Below are positions 1 through 10,600 of a DNA stretch of 64,000 nt, one piece after another; position 1 is the first letter of the stretch; the number at the start of each line of letters is the position of its first letter. Both the position numbers and the translations under genes were made by a program. The stretch is taken from positions 11,584 through 75,583 of the IMG/VR virus record IMGVR_UViG_3300042154_000876, one strand, 5' to 3'. Under the pieces are notes generated by a model. The model did not search any database. It was given only the letters and a program-made list of their open reading frames with translations, and was not told the DNA's origin. The DNA comes from a virus.

Positions 1-1
1 A

Positions 2-3000
2 GCTGAGGCTATTATGAGCCTCTTCCCTCAGATGAGAATCCTATACGCGGTATTCAACAAAGAAAACCAAATGGAAGCTTTGGAGAAGATGCCAGATAAC
101 ACAGAGGCTAGAACCTCTGACTCTATCAGCGTTATGGCCAACGCCAACAATAAACTACGCGATAAGATGGACGCCTTATCTAAACAGGATGAACCTCACA
201 ACATGCCTGTTAACTTCTTCAGAGAAGCAGATATCGCTGATCTATTCGGTGTAAAGGATGTCACCCTATCTACAGGAAAAGATGTACCTCGCGAGCGCGT
301 AGCCGGAATCGCATCTGCTGCCTTACGAGCATGGATTCTATCCGATTCTATGAAGATTGATGCCAGTACTATTGACGCAATCTCCAGCCAGTTGAGTGAG
401 AAAGAGATGCCTCAGACAGCCGAGGACTACCGACCATTTATCCGACTTGTTCAGATGATGTGGGACGATGTTATTTCTGACCACGACCAGGATCGACGCC
501 AGCTAGTAGTCAACTTCAACCACCTATTCAAGAACTGGGCACTTACTCGCCCTGACCTGACTGAAGTAGATGGTTCTGGAAAGAGCATTCACGGTCTTAA
601 AAATGTCCCTGACTTCCTTTTCCTAGACGAAGCTCAGGATATTAACCCAGTATTCCGAAAAGTGATCGAAGACCAGTATACCCTTCACAAAAACGGTATT
701 GTTATGATTGCTGTTGGCGACAATAACCAGGCTATCTTTGGATTCCGCGGAGCAGAAGACGCTCTGAATATTGTAAAGCGAGACCTAACGCTACCTCTAA
801 CTAAGAGCTACCGAACTGGTCAGACCGTTCTAGATGCCGCTGCTAACAAGCTGCTAGCGATGCTAGGAGAGTCGTTAAGACTACAAGGTAAGGATGGTAA
901 CGGCACTAAGCTTGTTGACAATATGTCGCGAGAGAGGATCGATCTAGCCCTATCTCGAGGAACCGCCGCGATTCTAAAAGAAGCGATTGTGGTCGAGGAG
1001 ATGTTTGAGGGAGGTAGAATCGCTACCACCCTGAACTTCAAGCAAGAGCTACTAAACATGCTTAAAGCGATGACTTACCTACAGCGCGTGGACTACGTCA
1101 ACTATGCCAACGCTGAGGCACGTAAGAATGATCCAAATGCCGCGCCGATATTGCCACCTAAAAGACCTACAATACCTGGGGCATTGCTGGGCCTAAACTG
1201 GGAAACCATGTATGAGCTTCTGTCTGAAGGTAAGGGTGACCAATCTATTCAGCAGATTTGGAATGTTATCCGCGGTCACGCTAGCAAAAACAAAATTAAA
1301 ATCGGGCCAGCAATGTCTGACCTACTGAACAACATTGTTCCTAACCTTCGAGTAGTTAATCACGAGTTCCACCTTCCAGCCCAGCTAGATCCGATCGGGT
1401 CTCTCGGTGGAGGATTGGACTACGAGATTACAAAGGATAAGATTATTATCCGAGACGACCCATCCGCGGGCTTTAATGCTCGTAAGACGGCCATTAGCGG
1501 TGTCTACAATAACCGCAAGGTTCTCGAGGACTACGGGTTCTGGAACCCTAGCAAGGATCAGGCAACTGGACGATACGGTGGATTTGAGTGGGAAATCAAC
1601 CTATATGACGATGGGCGTGATCAGTTGCAGGACCTTGTCAAGGGTCTTCGCGGTGAGGACGCCATGTTCCGCATTATGACTGGTCACACCTCAAAGGGTC
1701 TGGAAGCCGATAACGTCAAGATTCTAGATGACTGGCTAGACCTAACGCCGTTCCTACCTGGTGGAGATGCTGAAAAGCAGAACGAACTGCTAGAACTGTT
1801 CCGCTCGCGTGGTCCAGACTTTGATCTTATGGAAGAGATCCGCTTGATGTATGTAGTCACTACTCGACCACGCACTGAACTTGATTTAGGTGGTTTGAAG
1901 TGGTTAAACAATCACTCACCTGAGCAACTTAAGGCTGCTGTTGATGAGATCCAAAAGCGACTAGCTATGGGATTCGGCGCAGTTGAGGAGGGCGTAGAGG
2001 TTAAGTCTCCAGAAGAGATTGAAGCCATCAAGAACCGACCAACTGGCGAAGATCTTTCTGGTCTACCTCCACGCACCGACTGGGAGGCAGAAAAAGCAGC
2101 AAAAGAGGAAAATAGTTGGAGGCTCAAGAACACTGAGGAGAGAACTAAGGAAGAGATTGGAGAAATCCCTAGGGATGGAAATCTTCCACTCAAGCCACGC
2201 TCCCGCGACAACGCTGAACTAGCCAAGTTGAAGGAAGAAAGGCGAGAGCTCGTCAGTAAGATTGCTACCGCTAAGAGTAAGGGCAAGGAGCCTAGCAAGG
2301 CCACCGAGCAAAAGTTAGCGGATGTAAATCAGAAGATTTCTGACATTGAGAATGCTGACAGTGTTGAAGAGTTTTCATCTAAAAAACGTCCAAGCTCTCC
2401 TAACTACCAGGATGAGTTTGATCGAAAGGTTGATGGTCTAAAGGCCGCTATTGCAACCGCTAAGGACATTCTAAACCTTGTGCCTGAAGACCGAACCGGA
2501 GACTTCAAGGGCTATGCTGACACCAACATCGAGGAAACTATCGCTGGACTACAAGAGGACCTAAATGCTCTGCTTGACAACCCAGACATGCTGGAGCGTG
2601 ATGACGAGGAAGACTACCGCATTGCCGAGCGTCTACTGGCTAAGCTGAATGCAGATAAGATGGCTAAACTAGACATGGGCGATCTGATGGATGCTCGTCG
2701 CATTGTGAAGAACAAGAGCGACATCACCGGAACTGATCAGAGCTTTGTCTATGGCACTACCCCACCTGTGTACCTCAACCGAGTAATGCTAGACGCACTA
2801 GAGAAGATGAAGGACCACCTGTATCGTAAGCTGAAGCACGACGAGAAGCTAGACTTCGCTCCTTATGTTTCGGACCAGGTCGAAGAGTCATCTTCTCCGG
2901 TAGAGAATATCTCTCCAGAGATGGAAAAGAAGCTCTACAACATTGTTGAAGAGGCTGCTAAGTTCTACAGCGACCGCTTGATGAACTTCAATGACCCAGG

Positions 3001-3931
3001 TGCGACCGAGGCAAAGAAGTACGTTGTATCGCGAGGATTCGGTGCTGCCAACGCCGAGACCTTTAAGATTGGATACTCTTCGAAGAACTGGGCTGACCTA
3101 TATCAGCACCTACGTCGCAAGGGATTCTCTGAAGAAGAGATCTTAGCCTCGGGACTAGTCAACAGAAGCGAAAACAACGGACGACTATTTGATGCCTTGC
3201 GCAACAGACTAGTCTTCCCCGTTAGCAACGACAAGGGCCAAGTGGTTGGTTTTGTTGGACGCTCGATTGACCCTGAAGAGCCAATCCGCTACATGAGAAC
3301 CAAGGGTACCCCGATCTTCCAGAAGTCGAGCACCTTGTTTGGTCTAGATCAGGCTAGGGATGCAATCGCTGAGTCAGGCGAGATGGTTGTTGTTGAAGGT
3401 CAGTTTGACGTTCTAGCAATGCACGCTGCCGGCATCAAGAATGCTATTGCTGCCTCGGGAACCGCATTCGGTGAGGGCCACATGGACCTATTCAACCAGA
3501 TTGTTGGTGACAAGGAAAACAAGAGCGTAGTGTTTGCTTTCGACCCAGACGAAGCCGGAATTAAAGCAGCTGGAAAAGCGTACATGATGTTGACCCAGTC
3601 CTACTTTGATGTCGCGCCTTACATTGTCTCTGATGAATCTGGACTAGACCCTTCTGACATTTACTCAAAGGATAACGAAAACGGTCTTAAGACTCTGATG
3701 GATAACAAGCGCCCAATGGCTGAAGTTCTGATCGAAAGACTTCTGTCTAGTGGTAGAGAGCTTAGCGATATCCGCGACGCTATCATTGCAATCCTGATGA
3801 ATGTCCACGACACTAACCTACAGACCCAGCTAGTTCAGCGCTTCGGCCCTCAGCTTGGTGGAGACATGGGCGAGCTGTTTGCAGAGGTTAGAATGTATGA
3901 TCCTAAGCGGAACGCTAAATACAACATCTAG
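2..3931 (+). CDS. C-terminal part of a giant multidomain protein: UvrD/SF1A-like helicase + DnaG-type primase core (5' end outside window)
   Basis: Frame open to window edge; SF1 motifs ILYAVFNK, LDEAQD, GDNNQAIFGFRGA, LTKSYR, HTSKGLE, YVVTTRPR (Walker A upstream); DnaG motifs SRG, RLVFP..GFVGR, VEGQFDV, FDPDEAG, DPSD. Confidence 0.9.
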   Translation, partial: AEAIMSLFPQMRILYAVFNKENQMEALEKMPDNTEARTSDSISVMANANNKLRDKMDALSKQDEPHNMPVNFFREADIADLFGVKDVTLSTGKDVPRERVAGIASAALRAWILSDSMKIDASTIDAISSQLSEKEMPQTAEDYRPFIRLVQMMWDDVISDHDQDRRQLVVNFNHLFKNWALTRPDLTEVDGSGKSIHGLKNVPDFLFLDEAQDINPVFRKVIEDQYTLHKNGIVMIAVGDNNQAIFGFRGAEDALNIVKRDLTLPLTKSYRTGQTVLDAAANKLLAMLGESLRLQGKDGNGTKLVDNMSRERIDLALSRGTAAILKEAIVVEEMFEGGRIATTLNFKQELLNMLKAMTYLQRVDYVNYANAEARKNDPNAAPILPPKRPTIPGALLGLNWETMYELLSEGKGDQSIQQIWNVIRGHASKNKIKIGPAMSDLLNNIVPNLRVVNHEFHLPAQLDPIGSLGGGLDYEITKDKIIIRDDPSAGFNARKTAISGVYNNRKVLEDYGFWNPSKDQATGRYGGFEWEINLYDDGRDQLQDLVKGLRGEDAMFRIMTGHTSKGLEADNVKILDDWLDLTPFLPGGDAEKQNELLELFRSRGPDFDLMEEIRLMYVVTTRPRTELDLGGLKWLNNHSPEQLKAAVDEIQKRLAMGFGAVEEGVEVKSPEEIEAIKNRPTGEDLSGLPPRTDWEAEKAAKEENSWRLKNTEERTKEEIGEIPRDGNLPLKPRSRDNAELAKLKEERRELVSKIATAKSKGKEPSKATEQKLADVNQKISDIENADSVEEFSSKKRPSSPNYQDEFDRKVDGLKAAIATAKDILNLVPEDRTGDFKGYADTNIEETIAGLQEDLNALLDNPDMLERDDEEDYRIAERLLAKLNADKMAKLDMGDLMDARRIVKNKSDITGTDQSFVYGTTPPVYLNRVMLDALEKMKDHLYRKLKHDEKLDFAPYVSDQVEESSSPVENISPEMEKKLYNIVEEAAKFYSDRLMNFNDPGATEAKKYVVSRGFGAANAETFKIGYSSKNWADLYQHLRRKGFSEEEILASGLVNRSENNGRLFDALRNRLVFPVSNDKGQVVGFVGRSIDPEEPIRYMRTKGTPIFQKSSTLFGLDQARDAIAESGEMVVVEGQFDVLAMHAAGIKNAIAASGTAFGEGHMDLFNQIVGDKENKSVVFAFDPDEAGIKAAGKAYMMLTQSYFDVAPYIVSDESGLDPSDIYSKDNENGLKTLMDNKRPMAEVLIERLLSSGRELSDIRDAIIAILMNVHDTNLQTQLVQRFGPQLGGDMGELFAEVRMYDPKRNAKYNI

Positions 3932-3945
3932 CCCCTCAGGTTTAT

Positions 3946-4023
3946 TGGTATACTTGTAAAAGACTAATCAATCGCGATAGTTACCCCGTTAATTTGACAA
4001 CTGCTAATTGACGGGGTATTATC
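3946..4023 (+). promoter_or_regulatory. SigA-type promoter(s) overlapped by an inverted repeat
   Basis: TTGACA (3994-3999)-17 bp-TATTAT (4017-4022); extended -10 TGGTATACT (3946-3954); arms TACCCCGTTAATT / AATTGACGGGGTA. Confidence 0.65.
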
Positions 4024-4051
4024 AAGGTGTTACGTTTCTATAAGGACCAGT

Positions 4052-4315
4052 ATGAAAATCTTTGTTGACACCCCCGAGGGCGGAAGCCTCGTTGAGATTG
4101 AAGTCTCCACACTAGAAGATGACAGGCTAAACACGCTTGCCGCATCTGGATCTAAAGAAGCGCGCGACGAGGTTAAAAAGCGTACCGGTATGGATCCATA
4201 TAAGCCTGTTTCTGAGCACACACCCGAAGACGTCGAATACTACATGGAGTGGTTAAAAAATAACGACTCTGAAAAATACAATAAAATTGTAGGTAGCGAT
4301 AAGGACGTTGAGTAG
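4052..4315 (+). CDS. Small acidic hypothetical protein (paralog A)
   Basis: AAGGA RBS upstream; aligns with next ORF. Confidence 0.8.
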   Translation: MKIFVDTPEGGSLVEIEVSTLEDDRLNTLAASGSKEARDEVKKRTGMDPYKPVSEHTPEDVEYYMEWLKNNDSEKYNKIVGSDKDVE

Positions 4316-4604
4316 GACTATGGAAGACAACTACGAAGAATACCAAGTAGACATGCATGTCATCACTGCTAGTGGTGGCAAGGATTTGAAGTTCCAGCTT
4401 AAGGACCTTACCGACGAGGAGCTTAATCAGCTCTATGAAGAGACTGGACTAGAAGAAGCCCGCCTCGCTTACCGCGAGCGTACCGGTGATGATCCAGCTA
4501 AAAACCTATGGATCTATGGACCAGAAGACTTTGCGTGGTTCCAGGACTGGTGTGACCGCAACCCAGAAAAGTTTGAGAAGTTGCGAGCCCAGTATGACGT
4601 TTAG
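4308..4604 (+). CDS. Small acidic hypothetical protein (paralog B); alternative ATG at 4320
   Basis: Shares LN.L..G..EAR....RTG.DP.K....PED....W...N.EK pattern with 4052-4315. Confidence 0.8.
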   Translation: MSRTMEDNYEEYQVDMHVITASGGKDLKFQLKDLTDEELNQLYEETGLEEARLAYRERTGDDPAKNLWIYGPEDFAWFQDWCDRNPEKFEKLRAQYDV

Positions 4605-7600
4605 CCCACTATTTTTCGAAGACCCAGAAGAGCCTATCGTTGCCGCTGCTCTAAAGAACGGCAAGGAGTGGGGCTACTGGGCTGACATGCAGCTACGCGA
4701 TCCAGGAGGAGAGCGCGGCGGTTGGTTCATCGAGATGGGTGGCCTTAACCTATTCAATGGTATGGGCAAGGACGGAAAAGTCCGCGCCTACAAGGGTAAG
4801 TACATCGGCCCTTCTCCGCTTGGTCAAGGCTACGGTCGATTCCTAGTTGAAGGCGGAGACGGCGTTGACCCCGGTATCTACCACGTAAACGTATCCAACA
4901 TCGACTCCGTTAAGGGAGTTCTTAGCGAAGAATATCTACGCAGCCTGGGTCGTGACGTTCCTGCTCAAAAAGAAGGTATCGTTGACCTATCCAAGACTCG
5001 CATTGACCCGATAACTGAGCAAGACCTACAAGACGCCAACATTGAGCCGGACAAGCCTAAGAACCTCAAGAAAGCTGCCAACGACCGCGGTCAATCAGCT
5101 AAAAAACTAAAGGACCTAAAAGACGGCGACATCCTCTACGACGAGGGCAACAAGCGATTTGGCGAGGTCGTTTCTACCGTAGATAAAGATGGAAACTTTA
5201 GCCCGTGGGTTAAATGGGAAGACAATCAGATTTCTCAGATTCCTAACGCTGACCCAGAAACCGAGACCGCCGTTTGGGCAGCTCCAGCTCCTGAAGTTGA
5301 TGAATCGGCAGCCCCTAAAAAGACCGTAAAGGGTAGAGACCTCAAGGTCGGAGACGTAATCCGCGCTTGGGACGAAAACCGCACTATTACGGCGATTGAG
5401 CCAGGGCGTGGGGGGGAGCGTTACTTTATTTTTGACACTCCTGATGAAGGAGAAGACGGTCCTGATGGAAAGTTTATCAACATCAATGAGGACGTCGAGC
5501 TTGGCCGAGAAGAGGCTCCAGTCGCCCCAGCCGCCCCTGTTGCTGCCGAAAAAACAAAATCTAACAAAGTTTCTGCCTCTGAAGTTAAAAAAGGTGACTC
5601 TGTTGTAATCAACGGAGAGACCTATACGGTTTCTAAAAAATCTAACAAAAAAGCTGATGGAGTGGTTATTGGCCACAAGATTGAGTTTAGGGCCGAAGAC
5701 GGCAGCACTTTTGAAGAAGAGTTCCTTTCAGACGACACTCTAGATATTCCTGCTGCAGAGACAGCAACAAAAGAAGAGAAGAAGACTCCGCGTGGGGTTC
5801 TCACTAGTTTTGTGAAAAACATGCAGCCGGGGGATGTTCTTATTGCTGGTAAAGACGATAAGCGTCAAGAGGTGCTTTTTGTATCTGCTGAACCTATACC
5901 TCCAGTAGACAATAATGATATTCGCAAACGTTATAATATTACAGTTCAACGTGCCGACGGTGGGCTTGAAACTATTGCAGTTGATGCTACGAATGGTATC
6001 CCGCAGTTGGCTGAAACTAATGCCAAAGGTAAAACTGAAAAGGTAAACCGTAAGGACCAACTTAAAGTAGTTCCATCCGCTCCTGCCACTACAACTACTA
6101 AAACCACTCGGACCACCACAAAAACTGCAGGTGACGAGGCCGGAACCACTACAACTACCACCCCGAGGGTTCGAGCACCTGAAGTAATCCCAACAACTCC
6201 GATGTCCACCAATCCAGGTGACACCGGAGAAGTTGTTAGGGGCGTCAACTACGAAATAATGCCTGACGGAAGAATCAAGTTTTCTCGCGGGCGTCTTAAA
6301 AAGGGTAGCCGGTCGTATGACTTAATTACAAAGGTTTTACCAGGCGAGATAACTAGATCTGGTAACGGAAAAGCTTTCGCATTTTTTGAAAAGCCAGAGG
6401 GTGGGGATTACGGAAACTGGTTTGTAAGATTCGAACCGATCAAAGATTCTAAAAAAGATCTGGCTAAGCAGTTTCTCGACAGCCTCCGTGCCGGCATGGC
6501 TAAGGAAAAGGTAGAGTCTTCTGAGGAGACCGGCTCATCCTTCTCTGGGGCTAAGAACACCAAGGGCAGCATCACTGATGCCGCGTCCTATGAGGTCGAC
6601 GAGAACGGTACTGTAAAGATTTCTGGCCTAACCGAAGAACAGGTTGACCTTGTTGTTCAGGCTATGTATACGGTTCAGGGAACCACACCACTTGACCGCC
6701 CTGGAAGCGTTTCAACCAAGGTTGACTCTGACAAAGATGAAGACCGCGCCGCTGTTCTAAAGGCTGTTAGTGATGCTCTTGGTGGAACTCCAGCTGCTAC
6801 AACTACCACTACCACTACTACCCCGGACTTTGACTCCTTACCCAAGACAAAAGCTGACCCGGAGGCGGCTCGTAAGGCCGGGTTTACAGTAGACAATGTA
6901 AAGCCAGTAGATATTCAAGTTGGAGACTACATTATCAGTCCAGTGGGGTACTGGACAAAGGTTGTTGGAGAGCCTAGTATAATTCCTGATCCAAGGAACC
7001 CAGGCGAGATTGCGTGGGCTATTCCTACTGAAAACTACAAGGGAGAGAGGTTTACTCAAGACGGTTTGGGAGACCTGAACCTAAGGATTGATCGAGTTCG
7101 TGGACCTAACCACGTAGATACGCCAGAAACTGCAGACGAGGCTTTTGATAAAGAGTCCGCTCCATTCCCTATGGACACCCTGAGGGATTTAAAAGAAGGC
7201 ATCTATGCCAAAGTCGACGGCATGTGGAAAAAGATTACCAAGGTCGGTAAGCCTCAGATAGATCCTAGTGTCGATACTGAATCCGTTGTAATAGAGTTTG
7301 AAGATGGGACAAAGAAAAGGGTAGACGAGCGAGACGGCCTTACTTTAGTCCGTAAGGTCCCTGAAGGTGAAGCCACGTCCACAGCGACAACCACCACTGA
7401 AGGTCTGACTACCGATCAAAGGCTGGCTAAGCTTTTATTCTTAGTAAAGGGTAGCGGTTCCGAGGACGCGGCTTGGAATGCATCCATAATGGGCGATGCT
7501 AGAAGATCTCTTGAAGCTGCTGGAATTGATGAAAATGATTTCCTAGACTATGCAGAAAAGTCCGGGGCCTCAGATCTGCGTCAACCTGATCTAGATAAGC

Positions 7601-10600
7601 TCATTGAGAAGTATAAAGCTGATAAGGGCTCTACCACAACCACAGCCACTACCACTGAAGAGTCCGACAAGCCTACCGACGAGCAGCGCAAAACTATTGA
7701 CGACCTTATCGCTCAGATTGGCGATGAAACCAACTTTACGTCTAAGATTGTCACGGCGATGTTGGATAGCCTTACTAAAGAATCTGCAGACATGGCCATC
7801 GACATGCTTAAGGCTGCGATAGCAAACACTACAGCCCCTACCACCACAACCGCTCCTGCTCAGTCGGTATTCACACCTGGCCAGATTGATAGCGTTAACC
7901 GCCGTATAAACCTACTAACTCCGGAGCAGCAGGCTAAGGTTAAAGAGGCTATGGAGTCCGCCACCCCTAAAACCGCTAAAGACATTATGTCTAAGATTAT
8001 CAACACCCTAGATAACGCTGAAATCATTAGCCGTATCCGTAAGGGAATGCCGGTTGATGACATTTTAGCCAGGCGCAAGACCGACACCGTAGGAGCTAAC
8101 CTACTATTCGATCTAGACCGCTCTCCTAAGGAGATCGCTCAGAGACTTGCCACCTACAAACCAACCGTTAACCTAGACGGTACTCCGATTGCGGACGCTC
8201 AGCAAACTACCACTACAGTTTCAGGAGATGACACTAAGTCAGTATCTTCTCTAATATCTGACGTAATAGATTCTCTTGCTAAGGATCTGCAGACTAAGTT
8301 TGGAGCCCTAAAGTATAGATACAGCTCCAAGACTCCACAGAACGCCGAGCAGGCAGAAAAAGATCACGAAATCTACCTAGAGTACTTGTCTACGGTTGTC
8401 CCTGCCGTTATGCAGGCCCTTAAAGAGCGTCTCGACAGTCAAACAGCCGCTGGCAACCCTGACGCACAGAAAAACTATGACGACGCCGTAAGTAAGCTGA
8501 AGCAAGAACTTTGGGGACAAAACAGGGGAGCTGTCTACACCAGCGAAGCCGAAAAGCTTGTAGGCAGCGATCGAACAAAAGAGATGTCTGATGAAGCCAA
8601 CAAGGCTCTTAATGATCTACTAGCTGGAGTCAAAAAACCCGAGAAGCAGGTAACTACTGAAACTACCACTAAAGACACTTTCGGAAAGATCGGCACCTCC
8701 GGTAACCTAACTGGAAACGTTGACTACTCGATTGATAAGTTCGGCCAGATCGCTCTGACCAACGCTCCTGAAGACTTTGACGCTAGAATGGCGGAGAGTA
8801 GGGGCCTCATTATTGTTACTGACAATGGTAAAAAGTCCATTGTCCTAACCAAAAACAACGATGAAAATCGAGCCGCTGCCCTTAATCTCATAAAGGAGCG
8901 TCTAGAAGGACCGGCTCCGGTCACTACAAAGGTTGAAACACAGACTGAAGTAGCTCAAGATGTGGTAACCGGTCAAGAGCGACCAGAAGGTGGCGTCTCA
9001 AAGAAGATTTCTGAGCTGAACGTCGGAGACCGTTTATACGATGAAGAGACCGAATCCATGGCCACCGTTGTCGGTGTCTATGAGGACCCAGACCGTGCTG
9101 GCCGCATCGTACTTACTATCCGATTTGACGACGGTCGAGAGGACTCTGCTTCATATAAAAAGTCGTACGTCGTTGAGGCCTATCCTTCGCCAGAAGCACC
9201 AGCCGCAACTACCACCACCGCTGAAGATGTGGTCGGTGGCGAGGATGCGGACACCTCTAAGACAGAGGCCGAAGTCGTTGAAGACTCTCAGGTTATAGTA
9301 GAGCAGGGTGAGTCTACCACCGCTGAGCCAGGTTCTACTGTTTTAGAAGAGCCAGATGCCGAGGCCGTTGAGCCTGTAGAACCTAAGCGTAAGCCTAGGG
9401 GGCCTCGTAAGCCTAGAAAAGTAAACCTCTCTGATGTATCAGATGAAGAGCGCGAAGCATTCATTCGTATTTTTGATGCCCTAGAAAACTTCAACCGAGT
9501 TGAGGAAGAATATGGCGGTAAGAAATATGATTCTAAGTGGTATATCGACGAGAAAGACCGCAAGTTCGATAACAAAGATGTAGAGGAGCTTGCTTCTCAG
9601 AATACCAAGGGTATTGGTGAAGACCTAGGTATTCAGTTGATGGACTCCACTACGGACGCCTATGAGCCAGGGGCATTCTCGAGTACTCGTCAGCCGACTC
9701 CAGGAGCATTTACCGGCCGAGTTGCGCGCATGGTTGAAGGCAAGACCAAAGCAGAGACTCGCAATATTCTTAAGGGCCTAAAGGTTTCGTGGTTTGATAC
9801 TGAAACTACAGGAATCTCTAACTTTGATGGTGACCCTACAAATAATGATGTGGTCCAGGTAGGTATTGTAAACACTCAGAATGGTGAGGTCCTAGAGCGC
9901 CTAAACATCTACATCAACCCTGGTGTAGAGGATGGGGTCCGACTAGGCAAGTGGGCCACAAACAACTTAGTCAAAGATGCAGTTGGCGAGGACGGTCAGC
10001 CTATTCTGGGACCAGACGGCAAGCCAACAACCGAACCAATCACCAACGAGTGGTTATCGGAGCAGATGTCTATTGCTGACGCTGTTCAGCAGATCATGGA
10101 CTTCATGGGTCGCGATCCGATTCTTGGCGGTCAGAACGTTCCGTTTGACCTTCAGGTTCTCCAGCGTATGTTGGATAAGGCTGGGGTTAGGGGTTACCGC
10201 ATCGGTGGAACCATTGACTCTAAGGACCTATCTGAAGAGTTCCTACCTAAGTACAACGAGTACGAAGGAACTGACGGACCTAAAAGGTTTGATAAAGAGC
10301 GTAACAAGTTTGTGCCTACCTCTAGCCTAGGCTACGTAGCCGAGTTCCTGGGATTTGGTACTACGCGTTGGCACTCAGCCGATGCCGATGCCGAAGACGC
10401 TTGGAAACTTGCTTCTGCAACTATGGACCGTGCAGCGTCCGAGGACCCAACGGGAACTAGCGATTTGATGAACCAAAGCGCCATGAGAAGTCGTTATACA
10501 GAACGTATGGCTAAGTTCCTAAAGACGATTGACCCGCGCAACCCGTCTACGGCTAAACAACACGGTGCAGTTCGTAAAGAAGGCTTTGGAGAATACCTAG

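Noticed and set aside
4486-4593. ORF-track start at 4486
   Set aside because: Lies inside the upstream paralog gene; ATG 4594 overlapping its stop is more plausible
5107-9190. DLxxGD motifs as intein/Hint domains
   Set aside because: No N-terminal Cys/Ser block, TxxH or C-terminal HN; modules only ~55 aa
2930-10430. Host chromosomal dnaG/dnaQ
   Set aside because: Both are internal domains of giant phage ORFs, so no gene symbols were assigned
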